A stretch of 63,957 nt of DNA, filler included, from Octopus bimaculoides (taxonomy: Eukaryota), in the NCBI RefSeq assembly GCF_001194135.2. It is 4 parts of 4 records of this genome, joined end to end, with 100 filler letters (N's around TTAATTAATTAA, not from the genome) between each part and the next. Parts side by side here need not be neighbours in the genome. Positions count along the whole stretch, not along the records: positions 47,903 to 63,957 come from NC_069008.1; 3 more parts are not named here. One strand, written 5' to 3'. The stretch's first letter is position 1. Every line of letters starts with the position of its first letter. Positions 49,170 to 61,544 of the stretch are shown in pieces. The notes beneath the pieces were generated by a model. That model made no database searches. It had not been told where the DNA came from and saw only the letters and a program-made list of their open reading frames with translations. The position numbers and the translations under genes were made by a program.

Positions 49170-49965
49170 AATAGATGTGGATAGGTGGTGGTGGCGGTGG
49201 TGGTTATAGCGATGGTGGTCGTGGTGAAGATGGTAGTGGTGGTGATTATAGTTGTGGTGGTGGTTGTGTAGGTGGTTATAGCGATAGTGGTGGTGGTGGT
49301 GGTGAAGATGGTAGTGGTGGTTGTGGGGATGGTGGCGTTGGTGGTGATGGTGATGTAGGTGGTGGTGGTGGTTGTGGTGATGGTGGTAGTGATGATGTAG
49401 GTGGTGGTGGTTGTGGTGATGGTAGCGGTGGTTGTGGTAATGGTGATGTAGGTGGTGGTGGTTGTGGTGATGGTGGCAGTGGTAGTGATAGCGTTGGTGG
49501 TGTTGTTGGTGGTGAAGATGGTTGTGGTGGTTCTGGTGATGGTGGTGATGATGGTAGTGGTGATAGCGGAGGTGGTAGTGGAGATGGTGGTGCTGGTTGT
49601 GTTGGTGATGTCTATAGTGGTTGCAGTGGTAGCGGTGATGATGATGATAGTGTTTGTGATGGTTGTGGTGGTGGTGCTGGTAGTAGTGTTAGTGGTGGGG
49701 GTGGATGTGGTGGTGATAGTGTTGCTTGTGATACTCATGGCGATTGTTGCGGTGGTAGTCGTGGTGGTTTTCGTGGTAGTGCTTGTAGTGGTGCTAATGG
49801 TGATAATTATGGTTATGATAGTGGAGTGGTGGTTGTTATTTTGATGGTTGTGGTGGTTGTGGTGGTGGTAGTTGCGAGGTTAATGGTGAGATGGTTGTAG
49901 TGGTGGTGTTGCTTGTGATAGTGTTGGTGTTGGTTTTGGTGGTGGTGTTGGAGGAGGTGATATAA
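49170..49965. repeat. Degenerate (GGT/GAT)n trinucleotide low-complexity tract
   Basis: About 800 bp of triplet-phased GGT variants. It produces spurious poly-G, poly-V and poly-T ORFs in several frames. Confidence 0.9.
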
Positions 49966-50957
49966 GAATCTTTGGTGTTTTGGGCATGTCCATTGACCTC
50001 TCTCTCAACAACGCTCCACATGTAATAGTCCAATAGATTGAGATCTGGGGATTTAGGAGGCCAAATGTTAGGGGTTATGTGACCATGAAAATTTTCAGCC
50101 ATCCATTCCTGTGTTACCAGAGCCATGTGTGATTGTGCAGAGTTTTACTGAAACACACATGGCCTTCCATTGCATGCACTGCCTATCCAGGTCTTAATTA
50201 TTTCCAAGACCTCAATGTAGGCGGCAGAGTTGACTCTAAGACCTTCTGGAAAGAAGTAAGGAGGCATCACATGTCCTTCATTGCTGACAACCCTTAAAAC
50301 CATGACAGTTGCAGGAAATTTTGTATGCATAACACTTGGAGTTCAGAAGGGTCTGCACATAACCATCTGTCATTTCTTCTGTTACCTTTTTGATATTAGT
50401 CGAATTTTCTTCGTTTGAGAAAAACCAAATCAAATCTTCTGCTGGATCTTTCAGGTTGTTTATGAACCTTTCAGATCTGATGAAACAAGTTTCTTTTGCT
50501 TTTGCTTTTTCTGACAAATTGACCTTTCCTCATCATATAAGATTTATATCTGATGTCTTCATGGGCAATATTTCTGAATGTTCTTTCTGACATATGGAGA
50601 TCTTTTGAAATTGACCTCATGGACTTTCTGGGATTGTAATCAATGGTCTGTTGAAGTTGCTGGATAAATTCAGGTTTTCTGATGATTTCAGAGCATTTAG
50701 AATGCTTTTTATGCTTTGATACTGGTGATACGTTTCCATCTTTGTAGACGAAAGATCTGGCAACTTCTAGAAATTGAGATATTTCTAAATCGCTATGCTC
50801 AGCCTTTATAACCACAACATCATACCTCTTCATTTCTTGAGTAAGATGAGGGTCTGTCATTATTTTCCGAAAAAAAAATAGAAAGATTATATATGGCTAG
50901 CAAAAAATGGAGCAGTGACCCCAAAAAGGTATGTCCCCAAATACCTTATGCACCATG
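49965..50957 (-). mobile_element. maT/DD37D Tc1-mariner relic
   Basis: TIR CATGGTGCATAAGGTATTTGGGGACA. Transposase HTKFPATVMVLRVVSNEGHVMPP...FQ*NSAQSH...WPPKSPDLNLLDYY with 37 residues between the second and third catalytic positions. Confidence 0.88.
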
Positions 50958-51725
50958 TATATACAAAAGAGTGAAGGGTGTAATTTGAAGTAGATTTGCC
51001 TGCTATTTCTACCAGTTCTAACTATCGTGTAGAGGTTTCCCTCATTAGCTCTTACATACATATGAATACATAAGACAAAATGGTGTGATTTGAGGGCGAT
51101 TTGGTTGCTATTTATACCAGGTCTAGCTACCATGCAGAAGCATCCTTCATTAGTTCATGCATATATGGATACATAAGTGAGTAGGGTACGATTTGTGGGA
51201 AATTTGGCTGCTGTTTCTAGAAAAGTGAACGGCTGCATAGAGGCTCCTTCTTTGGCTAGTTTTTGGTGAAAATGCTTACAATAGCAATACCCTTGTCTTA
51301 GGATGATAATGCCTTGTATGTATTTCGTATCTGTCTGTCTGTCTGTCTGTCTGTCTGTATGCATGTATGTATATGTGTATGTATGTATATTTGCATGCAT
51401 GTATGTATGCATGTGTGCGTATGTTTGTATGTATGTATGTGTGTATGTATGTATGCATGTATGTACGTGTGTATGTATGTATGCATGTATGTACGTAAGT
51501 GTGTATACGTATGTGTGTGTGACGGTAAGTATGCGTGTGTACGTATATTTACTGTGCATGTGTATCAGTGAAATTAGCGTGCGTGCGTGCGTGTGTGTGT
51601 GTGTGTACGATGTTTGTCTGGTTTCTAACCAAATCTATCACCAATCACGCCAAAGTGAACTTGATATCATTGTAAATCTATCTATCCATCCGTCTGTCTG
51701 TCTGTCGGTCTATCTATCCACAAGT

Positions 51726-51765
<40 letters not shown>

Positions 51766-51786
51766 TTATTATCTATNNNNNNNNNN

Positions 51787-51829
<43 letters not shown>

Positions 51830-51920
51830 CTTTCCTATCTGACTACTCATACACGCCTGCACACACAGACACAAACAAAAAAGCGTGTTTATATATGTTC
51901 TATACTTATATACGTATATA

Positions 51921-51956
<36 letters not shown>

Positions 51957-52740
51957 TATGTAATTTATAAAGCGCTAATTATATATAATGGGATGATATT
52001 TCATATATTTATATATATATATATACACACACACNNNNNNNNNNNNNNNNNNNNNNNNNNNNNNNNNNNNNNNNNNNNNNNNNNNNNNNNNNNNNNNNNN
52101 NNNNNNNNNNNNNNNNNNNNNNNNNNNNNNNNNNNNNNNNNNNNNNNNNNNNNNNNNNNNNNNNNNNNNNNNNNNNNNNNNNNNNNNNNNNNNNNNNNNN
52201 NNNNNNNNNNNNNNNNNNNNNNNNNNNNNNNNNNNNNNNNNNNNNNNNNNNNNNNNNNNNNNNNNNNNNNNNNNNNNNNNNNNNNNNNNNNNNNNNNNNN
52301 NNNNNNNNNNNNNNNNNNNNNNNNNNNNNNNNNNNNNNNNNNNNNNNNNNNNNNNNNNNNNNNNNNNNNNNNNNNNNNNNNNNNNNNNNNNNNNNNNNNN
52401 NNNNNNNNNNNNNNNNNNNNNNNNNNNNNNNNNNNNNNNNNNNNNNNNNNNNNNNNNNNNNNNNNNNNNNNNNNNNNNNNNNNNNNNNNNNNNNNNNNNN
52501 NNNNNNNNNNNNNNNNNNNNNNNNNNNNNNNNNNNNNNNNNNNNNNNNNNNNNNNNNNNNNNNNNNNNNNNNNNNNNNNNNNNNNNNNNNNNNNNNNNNN
52601 NNNNNNNNNNNNNNNNNNNNNNNNNNNNNNNNNNNNNNNNNNNNNNNNNNNNNNNNNNNNNNNNNNNNNNNNNNNNNNNNNNNNNNNNNNNNNNNNNNNN
52701 TTTTAAATTTTGTTTGTGAATTTTTGTCTTTGTTTTTCAA

Positions 52741-52935
52741 TCGATTCAGTCATAATCTGCGGCCATACTGCTGCACTGCCTGGAAGTATTTTTAGTCGAG
52801 CGAATCGACAACCAGTACTTGTTTTTTGTTTTTTTAAGCCTGGTACTTATTTTATCGGTTTTTTGCCGGACCGCTAAGTTACGGGCACATAAACACACCA
52901 GCATCAGTTGTAAAGCGATGGCGGGGAGAGAAACA
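52741..52935 (-). mobile_element. SINE family C 3' part
   Basis: Matches 9684-9900. Confidence 0.8.
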
Positions 52936-53412
52936 AAGACGCATACACACATATGCACACACACACACACACACACACTCGCACGCACATGCACACGCAC
53001 ACTCAACCCCACCCTCACCCCCACATGTATATCCAACCCTAGCTCCTAACCGCGAACTGTAAAATATCGATATTGGAAAATTTTACAACCTTCTACGTCA
53101 ATAACCTACTATTGTTCGGGAAAGTTTTTTCTGCCTTCTACGGACTGCTCGAAACCTACTAACTTCCTACACCTTGACCCTTGTATCCTACTTTATCATA
53201 TTACTATATATATATATATATTTATATATGTGTGTGTGTGCGTGTGTGTTAATCACATGTGAATCGTTGGTCATTTTCTTCCTCCGTCTTCTATATATTT
53301 GGTGACTATATATCTGCGTGAGTTTTCTTGTCATTTCTTTTAAATCTAGTGTGGGCGCATGCGCATAATTGCATACTTTTTTTCTACTTTTGGACAGATT
53401 TTCCCATAGGGG

Positions 53413-53644
53413 AAGGCGGTGAGCTGGCAGAAACGTTAGCATGACGGGCGAAATGCTTAGCGGTATTTCGTCTGTCTTTACGTTCTGAGTTCAAATTCCG
53501 CTGAGGTCGACTTTTCCTTTTATCCTTTCGGGGTCGATAAATTAAGTACCTGTTATGCACTGGGGTTGATGTAATCGACTTAATCCCTTTGTCTGTCCTT
53601 GTTTGTCCCCTCTATGTTTATCCCCCTGTGGGCAATAAAAAAAT
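53413..53644 (+). mobile_element. SINE family A, tail-2 subfamily, full length
   Basis: AAGGCGGTGAGCTGGCAGAAACGTTAGC...GAGTTCAAATTCC...GTCCCCTCTATGTTTATCCCCCTGTGGGCAATAAAAAAAT. Confidence 0.9.
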
Positions 53645-53938
53645 AGTAAAATTTTCTCACTGTAACGCCTGTATGTTCTGCAAATATAATTTTCGCAAAT
53701 GAAGTGCATTTCACATTCAAGGCTCTGATAAAGTTAAAAGATGTCATCCAGGTACTCAACTTAGTCAAATAAGAGTGCACCCCATCCTATAGCAAAAACA
53801 GCTGTGAGCTAATGAAGTTCATTATATAACCTTCATTTTTGCTAGTGTCATCTCTTTGTTCCTATATATATATATATATATACATACACACACACACATA
53901 TATATATATATACATATGTATATACTATATTTAAACGT

Positions 53939-53974
<36 letters not shown>

Positions 53975-54814
53975 NNNNNNNNNNNNNNNNNNNNNNNNNN
54001 NNNNNNNNNNNNNNNNNNNNNNNNNNNNNNNNNNNNNNNNNNNNNNNNNNNNNNNNNNNNNNNNNNNNNNNNNNNNNNNNNNNNNNNNNNNNNNNNNNNN
54101 NNNNNNNNNNNNNNNNNNNNNNNNNNNNNNNNNNNNNNNNNNNNNNNNNNNNNNNNNNNNNNNNNNNNNNNNNNNNNNNNNNNNNNNNNNNNNNNNNNNN
54201 NNNNNNNNNNNNNNNNNNNNNNNNNNNNNNNNNNNNNNNNNNNNNNNNNNNNNNNNNNNNNNNNNNNNNNNNNNNNNNNNNNNNNNNNNNNNNNNNNNNN
54301 NNNNNNNNNNNNNNNNNNNNNNNNNNNNNNNNNNNNNNNNNNNNNNNNNNNNNNNNNNNNNNNNNNNNNNNNNNNNNNNNNNNNNNNNNNNNNNNNNNNN
54401 NNNNNNNNNNNNNNNNNNNNNNNNNNNNNNNNNNNNNNNNNNNNNNNNNNNNNNNNNNNNNNNNNNNNNNNNNNNNNNNNNNNNNNNNNNNNNNNNNNNN
54501 NNNNNNNNNNNNNNNNNNNNNNNNNNNNNNNNNNNNNNNNNNNNNNNNNNNNNNNNNNNNNNNNNNNNNNNNNNNNNNNNNNNNNNNNNNNNNNNNNNNN
54601 NNNNNNNNNNNNNNNNNNNNNNNNNNNNNNNNNNNNNNNNNNNNNNNATAAATAATAGCTTGAAAACACATTGGATACAAAATGCCGAATGCTGCTCGCG
54701 TGACAAGAACCCACATCGGCATTTTCTATCCAAATTGTTTTTTCGCCTAATATTTACTCATTATTATTGATGCCTCTGTTTGCTTCGAGATTCACCATTC
54801 CTAAAAAGCAATGT

Positions 54815-55266
54815 CAGACATGGCTATGTGATAAGAAGTTTGCTTCCAAAATACATGGTTCCGAGGTCAGTCCCACTGCGTGACACCTTGGGCAAATGTC
54901 TTCTACTATAACCTCGGGTCGATCAAAGCCTTGTGAGTGGATTTGGTAGACGGAAACTGAGAGAAACCCGTCATGTATATATGTATGTGTGTGTGTGTGT
55001 GCATACATATGAATATATCTGTATACATATGTGTGTATGTATGCGTGTGTGTGTTTTTGTTTCTGCTTTTGTCCACCACCACCACCATCACCATTCGACA
55101 ACCGGTGTTGGTGTGTTTACGTCCTCGTAAATTAGCGGTTTGGCAAAAGGCGCCCATAGAATAAGTACCAGGTTTAACAAAAATTAAGTACTGGAGTCGA
55201 TTCATTCGCCTGAAACAAATTCTGGAAGGCGGTGCCCCAGCATGGCCGCAGTCGACTGACTGAAAG
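54815..55266 (+). mobile_element. SINE family C copy, near full length
   Basis: Head, CORE-like CACCTTGGGCAAATGTCTTCTACTATA, internal (TG)n and 3' part all match family C. Confidence 0.88.
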
Positions 55267-55289
55267 GATGGTAAGGAGCTTTCTTCTCA

Positions 55290-56228
55290 ACCACATGGCT
55301 CTGGCAGTGCTATCGAGAAGCGCTACCCGTTCGGGATAAGCTCTACAGGCATGGTTCGAGAAACACCGGGCCGACCTGCCCGAGATGCAGGCAGAGCGAC
55401 GAAAGCGTTCTACACGCACTCGTACAGTGTCCAACGATTTCCGACCTGTGGGGCCTATGTCGAACGACTGCTGTCACGTGTGGGACGAGTCGGTTTATCA
55501 ACCGAGTCTATCGTCAATATCGTCACGCCTCCTTCCTTTAAACGGGAAGGAAGAGCTGTATTTATCGTACTTGTGGCTATGGCTGAAAGGATTAGAGACA
55601 AATACTTTCCTCTCTGGTCAATCTCTCATCAACTTTTTCAAGTATCACTTGAAAAGGAAGGTGAGAGTAGAGAGGCAAGTGTTGTCTAGCAAATGTTTCG
55701 AAAAAAGATGGATACATGTAGCAAGAATGGCACGTATAAATGACGAAGCCACCTTGACCATGATTCTATAAAACGTTTTAAAATTTTGTAAACAGAGAGT
55801 NNNNNNNNNNNNNNNNNNNNNNNNNNNNNNNNNNNNNNNNNNNNNNNNNNNNNNNNNNNNNNNNNNNNNNNNNNNNNNNNNNNNNNNNNNNNNNNNNNNN
55901 NNNNNNNNNNNNNNNNNNNNNNNNNNNNNNNNNNNNNNNNNNNNNNNNNNNNNNNNNNNNNNNNNNNNNNNNNNNNNNNNNNNNNNNNNNNNNNNNNNNN
56001 NNNNNNNNNNNNNNNNNNNNNNNNNNNNNNNNNNNNNNNNNNNNNNNNNNNNNNNNNNNNNNNNNNNNNNNNNNNNNNNNNNNNNNNNNNNNNNNNNNNN
56101 NNNNNNNNNNNNTGTCCCCACTTTTGTTTTTTTTCTGCTTTGTTTTCGCCCCCCTCGAAAAGAAAAAACTCTACATTTGTATTTTGTCCCCTCTATGTTG
56201 AACCGTGTGTGGCTAATAAAGAAACCTA
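55290..56228 (+). mobile_element. L1/Tx1-like LINE 3' fragment: ORF2 zf-RVT/C-terminus, gap, then putative 3'UTR tail
   Basis: WQCYREALPVRDKLYRHG...CPRCRQSDESVLHALVQCP..SDLW (zf-RVT CCHC), frameshift, then FFKYHLKRKVRVERQVLSSKCFEKRW...MIL* (stop at 55771). After the N gap (55801-56112) comes a pyrimidine-rich UTR ending TGTCCCCTCTATGTTGAACCGTGTGTGGCTAATAAAGAAAC. Linkage across the gap is inferred. Confidence 0.75.
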
Positions 56229-56239
56229 TCTATCTATCT

Positions 56240-56418
56240 TTTTTTTTTTTTTTTTCGATCCCTTTTGATCGAACTCTCCCTTTTTCCCTTCCTACGATCC
56301 CTTTTGATCGACATCACCCCCCTTTTTTTTTTTTCCTTCCTTCCCCCTCCCAAAAAGAAAAGCTCTACATTGTATTTGTCCCATCTTTGTTGAGCCCTGT
56401 TTGGCTAATAAAAGAAAT
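56240..56418 (+). mobile_element. Second related LINE 3'UTR/tail fragment in tandem
   Basis: aaaagaaaagctctacattgtatttgtcccatctttgttgagccctgtttggctaataaaagaaat closely matches 56159-56225. Confidence 0.7.
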
Positions 56419-56733
56419 GTATCTGTCTATATCTGTTTGTCTATCTATCTACCTATCTGTCTGTCTGTCTGTCTTTCATTCCCAGCTCTTGGAGACGCAT
56501 GACAAAGACATAGGAATCTGTCCTTATTATTAAGTGTCCAAAAGTTGCCAAACAGTTAATAGTAAGCCCTTGATTATCATTATTCTGTTTTAATAGCTAT
56601 TGAATACATAAACACACACAAGCACACATTATATGTATATATTATTTATCTTCCTGTCTCTGCCTGTGGATGTTCCCGTCATCGGGTTCATAGTGCAGTT
56701 TCGATCCTAAATTACTGTTTGCTATTGTATAAT

Positions 56734-56799
<66 letters not shown>

Positions 56800-57071
56800 T
56801 GTGTATATGTATATATATAATATGTGTGTGTGTGTATATATGTATACATATATATATGTATTACATATGTATGCATATATGTATATATATATAATGTTAT
56901 GTATAAATGTACCTATATGTGTATGTGTTTGCGTATGTATGTATATATGTATATATATATATATATATGCATGCACATACGTATGTATGTATTATACATA
57001 TATTTATATGTATATATATATATATATTTATATATACACCCCATATTTATACAGGCATATATTTATATACA

Positions 57072-57140
<69 letters not shown>

Positions 57141-58074
57141 GTGTGTGTATTTGTGTGTGGTGTTTGCGTACGCGCACGTGTGTATGTTTTTGTACCCATA
57201 AACAGTCATTAAATCACACACAAACACTAAGGAACAGATACATACATACACATACACACACACACATACAGAGGCAACACTTGTCTTTCTAATTATCATT
57301 AGCCTTGTCTTAAGACTTAACTTAATTAGTAATCAGTAAGTGAATTGACTTGGTGTCTGGATGGACTGACGAGAAATTTCTTTTGACCGAATACAACTAA
57401 CATGGCTACATCGTGGCCACCACCACCAAGAACACCACTTGATGCAAAACCACGACCACCACGACCACCACCACCACCACCACCACCNNNNNNNNNNNNN
57501 NNNNNNNNNNNNNNNNNNNNNNNNNNNNNNNNNNNNNNNNNNNNNNNNNNNNNNNNNNNNNNNNNNNNNNNNNNNNNNNNNNNNNNNNNNNNNNNNNNNN
57601 NNNNNNNNNNNNNNNNNNNNNNNNNNNNNNNNNNNNNNNNNNNNNNNNNNNNNNNNNNNNNNNNNNNNNNNNNNNNNNNNNNNNNNNNNNNNNNNNNNNN
57701 NNNNNNNNNNNNNNNNNNNNNNNNNNNNNNNNNNNNNNNNNNNNNNNNNNNNNNNNNNNNNNNNNNNNNNNNNNNNNNNNNNNNNNNNNNNNNNNNNNNN
57801 NNNNNNNNNNNNNNNNNNNNNNNNNNNNNNNNNNNNNNNNNNNNNNNNNNNNNNNNNNNNNNNNNNNNNNNNNNNNNNNNNNNNNNNNNNNNNNNNNNNN
57901 NNNNNNNNNNNNNNNNNNNNNNNNNNNNNNNNNNNNNNNNNNNNNNNNNNNNNNNNNNNNNNNNNNNNNNNNNNNNNNNNNNNNNNNNNNNNNNNNNNNN
58001 NNNNNNNNNNNNNNNNNNNNNNNNNNNNNNNNNNNNNNNNNNNNNNNNNNNNNNNNNNNNNNNNNNNNNNNNNN

Positions 58075-58537
58075 NCCACAGATTTTCTTGTCAGTTGTTT
58101 GACCTTAACCAGTTGAGCATGTCCCTTGGTGGCTGACGATATGTGCATCTCTGATCACGAGCAGAAGTAGTGGGGAAGCATCATAGCCATGTGTTGAGAG
58201 GAATTCTTTGGGGTTTGAATAATTCACCTTTGGAAGCATAGGTGTTTTGCTCAACATCCTTAAACAAACCTTATTCAGGGACCTTTTGAGCGGGATGGGC
58301 TACTCGACCTGAAGAAAATTCTAACTGGGCCCCACCTGCGAGGTCATGCGCTGTTTATCTTGATATAAGATCACCATGTCGCGTACATGTGGTTGTGATG
58401 CATGTGCCTGGTCTACCCTTATCAGATGGGTAGTCATGATGGGTATACTGGGATTCGAATATTCATACCCCAGTGTCACTTTGACATGCGGTACTCTCTC
58501 ACGCACTACTACTACTACTACTAATAATAATAATAAT
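58075..58537 (+). repeat. Unclassified retroposon-like segment ending in (ACT)n(AAT)n
   Basis: Complex non-coding segment with a simple-repeat tail abutting a SINE-A tail (58538-58570). Only one copy is in the window. Confidence 0.35.
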
Positions 58538-59278
58538 CCTTTCTACTATAGGCACAATGCCTTAAATTTGATGATGATGATGATCAGAATTGAGTTGCTG
58601 CTGCTGCTGCTAAAAATGATGGTAGTGGTGGATGGTGGTGGTGATGATGATGATGACGAGAATGGAAATGCTGTTGCTGATGATGTTGATGACAGCCATG
58701 TTTATGATGATTGTGGAGACGGTGATGACGTTGATTAAGATAATGATAATGATAATGATTGTGATGATAATGAAGGTAACATTCAAGATGACGACGCTGC
58801 TGCTGCTGCTGATGAATAATAGATTTATCTATGCATAACAATAAGGAAGAATGTGTTATAGGATGCGTGCTGGCATGCGTGCTGGCAGGTGTCAAATGTT
58901 TATTCATAAACGTATATTGATACACATAGGCGCCCAATCAAGCTCACAATCACGTATATACATACATTCATACATACATACATACATACATATAGGTACT
59001 CGCACACAATCACATACACACACGCATCTATAAATCTGTACATATATATCCTCATGTATATATACATATAAGTATATATACACACACACACACACGCACA
59101 TGGATGCATATACGCATAAACACACACGCACACAGACATCTACAAACACACACACACAGACATATACAAACACACACAGATCTATACATATATATTTTCC
59201 CCAGCGTATATATATATATATGAACACAAATATATACATACATCTATATACGTATATCTATAATATATATATATATAC

Positions 59279-59310
<32 letters not shown>

Positions 59311-60554
59311 NNNNNNNNNNNNNNNNNNNNNNNNNNNNNNNNNNNNNNNNNNNNNNNNNNNNNNNNNNNNNNNNNNNNNNNNNNNNNNNNNNNNNNNNNN
59401 NNNNNNNNNNNNNNNNNNNNNNNNNNNNNNNNNNNNNNNNNNNNNNNNNNNNNNNNNNNNNNNNNNNNNNNNNNNNNNNNNNNNNNNNNNNNNNNNNNNN
59501 NNNNNNNNNNNNNNNNNNNNNNNNNNNNNNNNNNNNNNNNNNNNNNNNNNNNNNNNNNNNNNNNNNNNNNNNNNNNNNNNNNNNNNNNNNNNNNNNNNNN
59601 NNNNNNNNNNNNNNNNNNNNNNNNNNNNNNNNNNNNNNNNNNNNNNNNNNNNNNNNNNNNNNNNNNNNNNNNNNNNNNNNNNNNNNNNNNNNNNNNNNNN
59701 NNNNNNNNNNNNNNNNNNNNNNNNNNNNNNNNNNNNNNNNNNNNNNNNNNNNNNNNNNNNNNNNNNNNNNNNNNNNNNNNNNNNNNNNNNNNNNNNNNNN
59801 NNNNNNNNNNNNNNNNNNNNNNNNNNNNNNNNNNNNNNNNNNNNNNNNNNNNNNNNNNNNNNNNNNNNNNNNNNNNNNNNNNNNNNNNNNNNNNNNNNNN
59901 NNNNNNNNNNNNNNNNNNNNNNNNNNNNNNNNNNNNNNNNNNNNNNNNNNNNNNNNNNNNNNNNNNNNNNNNNNNNNNNNNNNNNNNNNNNNNNNNNNNN
60001 NNNNNNNNNNNNNNNNNNNNNNNNNNNNNNNNNNNNNNNNNNNNNNNNNNNNNNNNNNNNNNNNNNNNNNNNNNNNNNNNNNNNNNNNNNNNNNNNNNNN
60101 NNNNNNNNNNNNNNNNNNNNNNNNNNNNNNNNNNNNNNNNNNNNNNNNNNNNNNNNNNNNNNNNNNNNNNNNNNNNNNNNNNNNNNNNNNNNNNNNNNNN
60201 CCGTCACATCTGGGGAATTCAGATACAATTCAAACGTGATTAGAATGGCATTGGATATTGTTTTTTTTTTTTATATATATATATATTTATAAAGTTGCAT
60301 ACATATGTATATAATATTTAAAATTCGCAATGTACATCATCAACCTCACAACCATCGTCATCATCATCATCATCACCATCACCATCGTCATCATCATCAT
60401 CATCATCACCATCACCATCGTCATCATCATCATTATCTTCAGCGTCGTCATGGCATTATTGTCATGATCATGATCATCAAAATCACCATTGCAATCACAT
60501 CAGCATCGTCATCATCGTCATCATTGTCATCAATATTATCATCATCATCATCAT

Positions 60555-60710
60555 CGTCTGTCTTTGTTCTGAGTTCAAATTCCGCCGAGGTCGGCTTTGA
60601 CTTTCATCCTTTCGGGGTCGTTAAATTAAATACCAGTTGCGTACCTTGGTCGATTTAATCGACTGGACCCCCCCCCCAAATTTTGGGCCTTGTGCCTAGA
60701 GTAGAAAAGA
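60555..60710 (+). mobile_element. SINE family A, 5'-truncated, following a (CAT)n tract (60340-60555)
   Basis: GTTCTGAGTTCAAATTCCGCCGAGGTC...GGCCTTGTGCCTAGAGTAGAAAAG. Confidence 0.85.
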
Positions 60711-60800
60711 GGAAAAAATACCGTTTCAATACATACACACACACATACATACATACATATGCATATACATATATGCAAAGCAAAAGAGTGTATATATATA

Positions 60801-61043
60801 CTCTTTTATTTTTGTTACTTGTTTCAGTCATTTGACTGCGGCCATGCTGCAACACCGGTTTTTGTCGAACAAATCGACCCTAGGACTTTTTCTTTGTAAT
60901 CCTAGTACTTATTCTATCTGTGTCTTTTGCCGAGCCGCTAAGTTACGGGAATGTAAACACACCAGCATCGGTTGTCAAGCGATGCTGGTGGGGACAAACA
61001 CAGACACACAAACACACACACACACACACATATACATACATAC

Positions 61044-61076
<33 letters not shown>

Positions 61077-61232
61077 CGACGGGCTTCTTTCAAATTTCGT
61101 CTACCAAATCCACTCACAAGGCTTTGGTCGGCCCGAGGCTATAGTAGAAGACGCTTGCCCAAGGTGCCACATAACGAGACTGAATTCGAAACCAGGTGGT
61201 TGGGAAGCAAGCTTCTTACCACACAGCCAAAC
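60801..61232 (-). mobile_element. SINE family C copy, near full length
   Basis: Aligns to 9684-10239 including the internal (CA)/(TA) repeats. Confidence 0.88.
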
Positions 61233-61276
<44 letters not shown>

Positions 61277-61544
61277 AAATTAAAGGTGTAAGTGATAGTC
61301 TGATCACGGATGTCTCAACTCTGTCCCAAGTATCACACAATGCTCCGGAAATACTTGGTGGTGGTGGTGGTGGTTTTTGTTGTGGTGGTGGAGGTAGGTG
61401 ATGTGGTTTCAATTTCGACAGGTTTCAATTTTGACAGGGATCTCTGGGGATAGTATGATCCCCAATAATGTGAAAAAAAAAACAAGTCGTAAAGCCCCTC
61501 CCCCAACACACAACCTTCTATCATACGATCATGTCATGGTGATA

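Noticed and set aside
48971-49900. Long Thr-rich (mucin-like), Gly-rich and Val-rich ORFs
   Set aside because: All frames are open because of a triplet-phased degenerate (GGT)n tract. There is no signal peptide, splice context or domain.
35919-60239. Numerous 200-400 aa ORFs in the track (e.g. 35919, 41288, 51885, 53822, 57333, 59100)
   Set aside because: They run through N gaps and dinucleotide repeats. The only informative part is the Dong fragment at 42250-42482.
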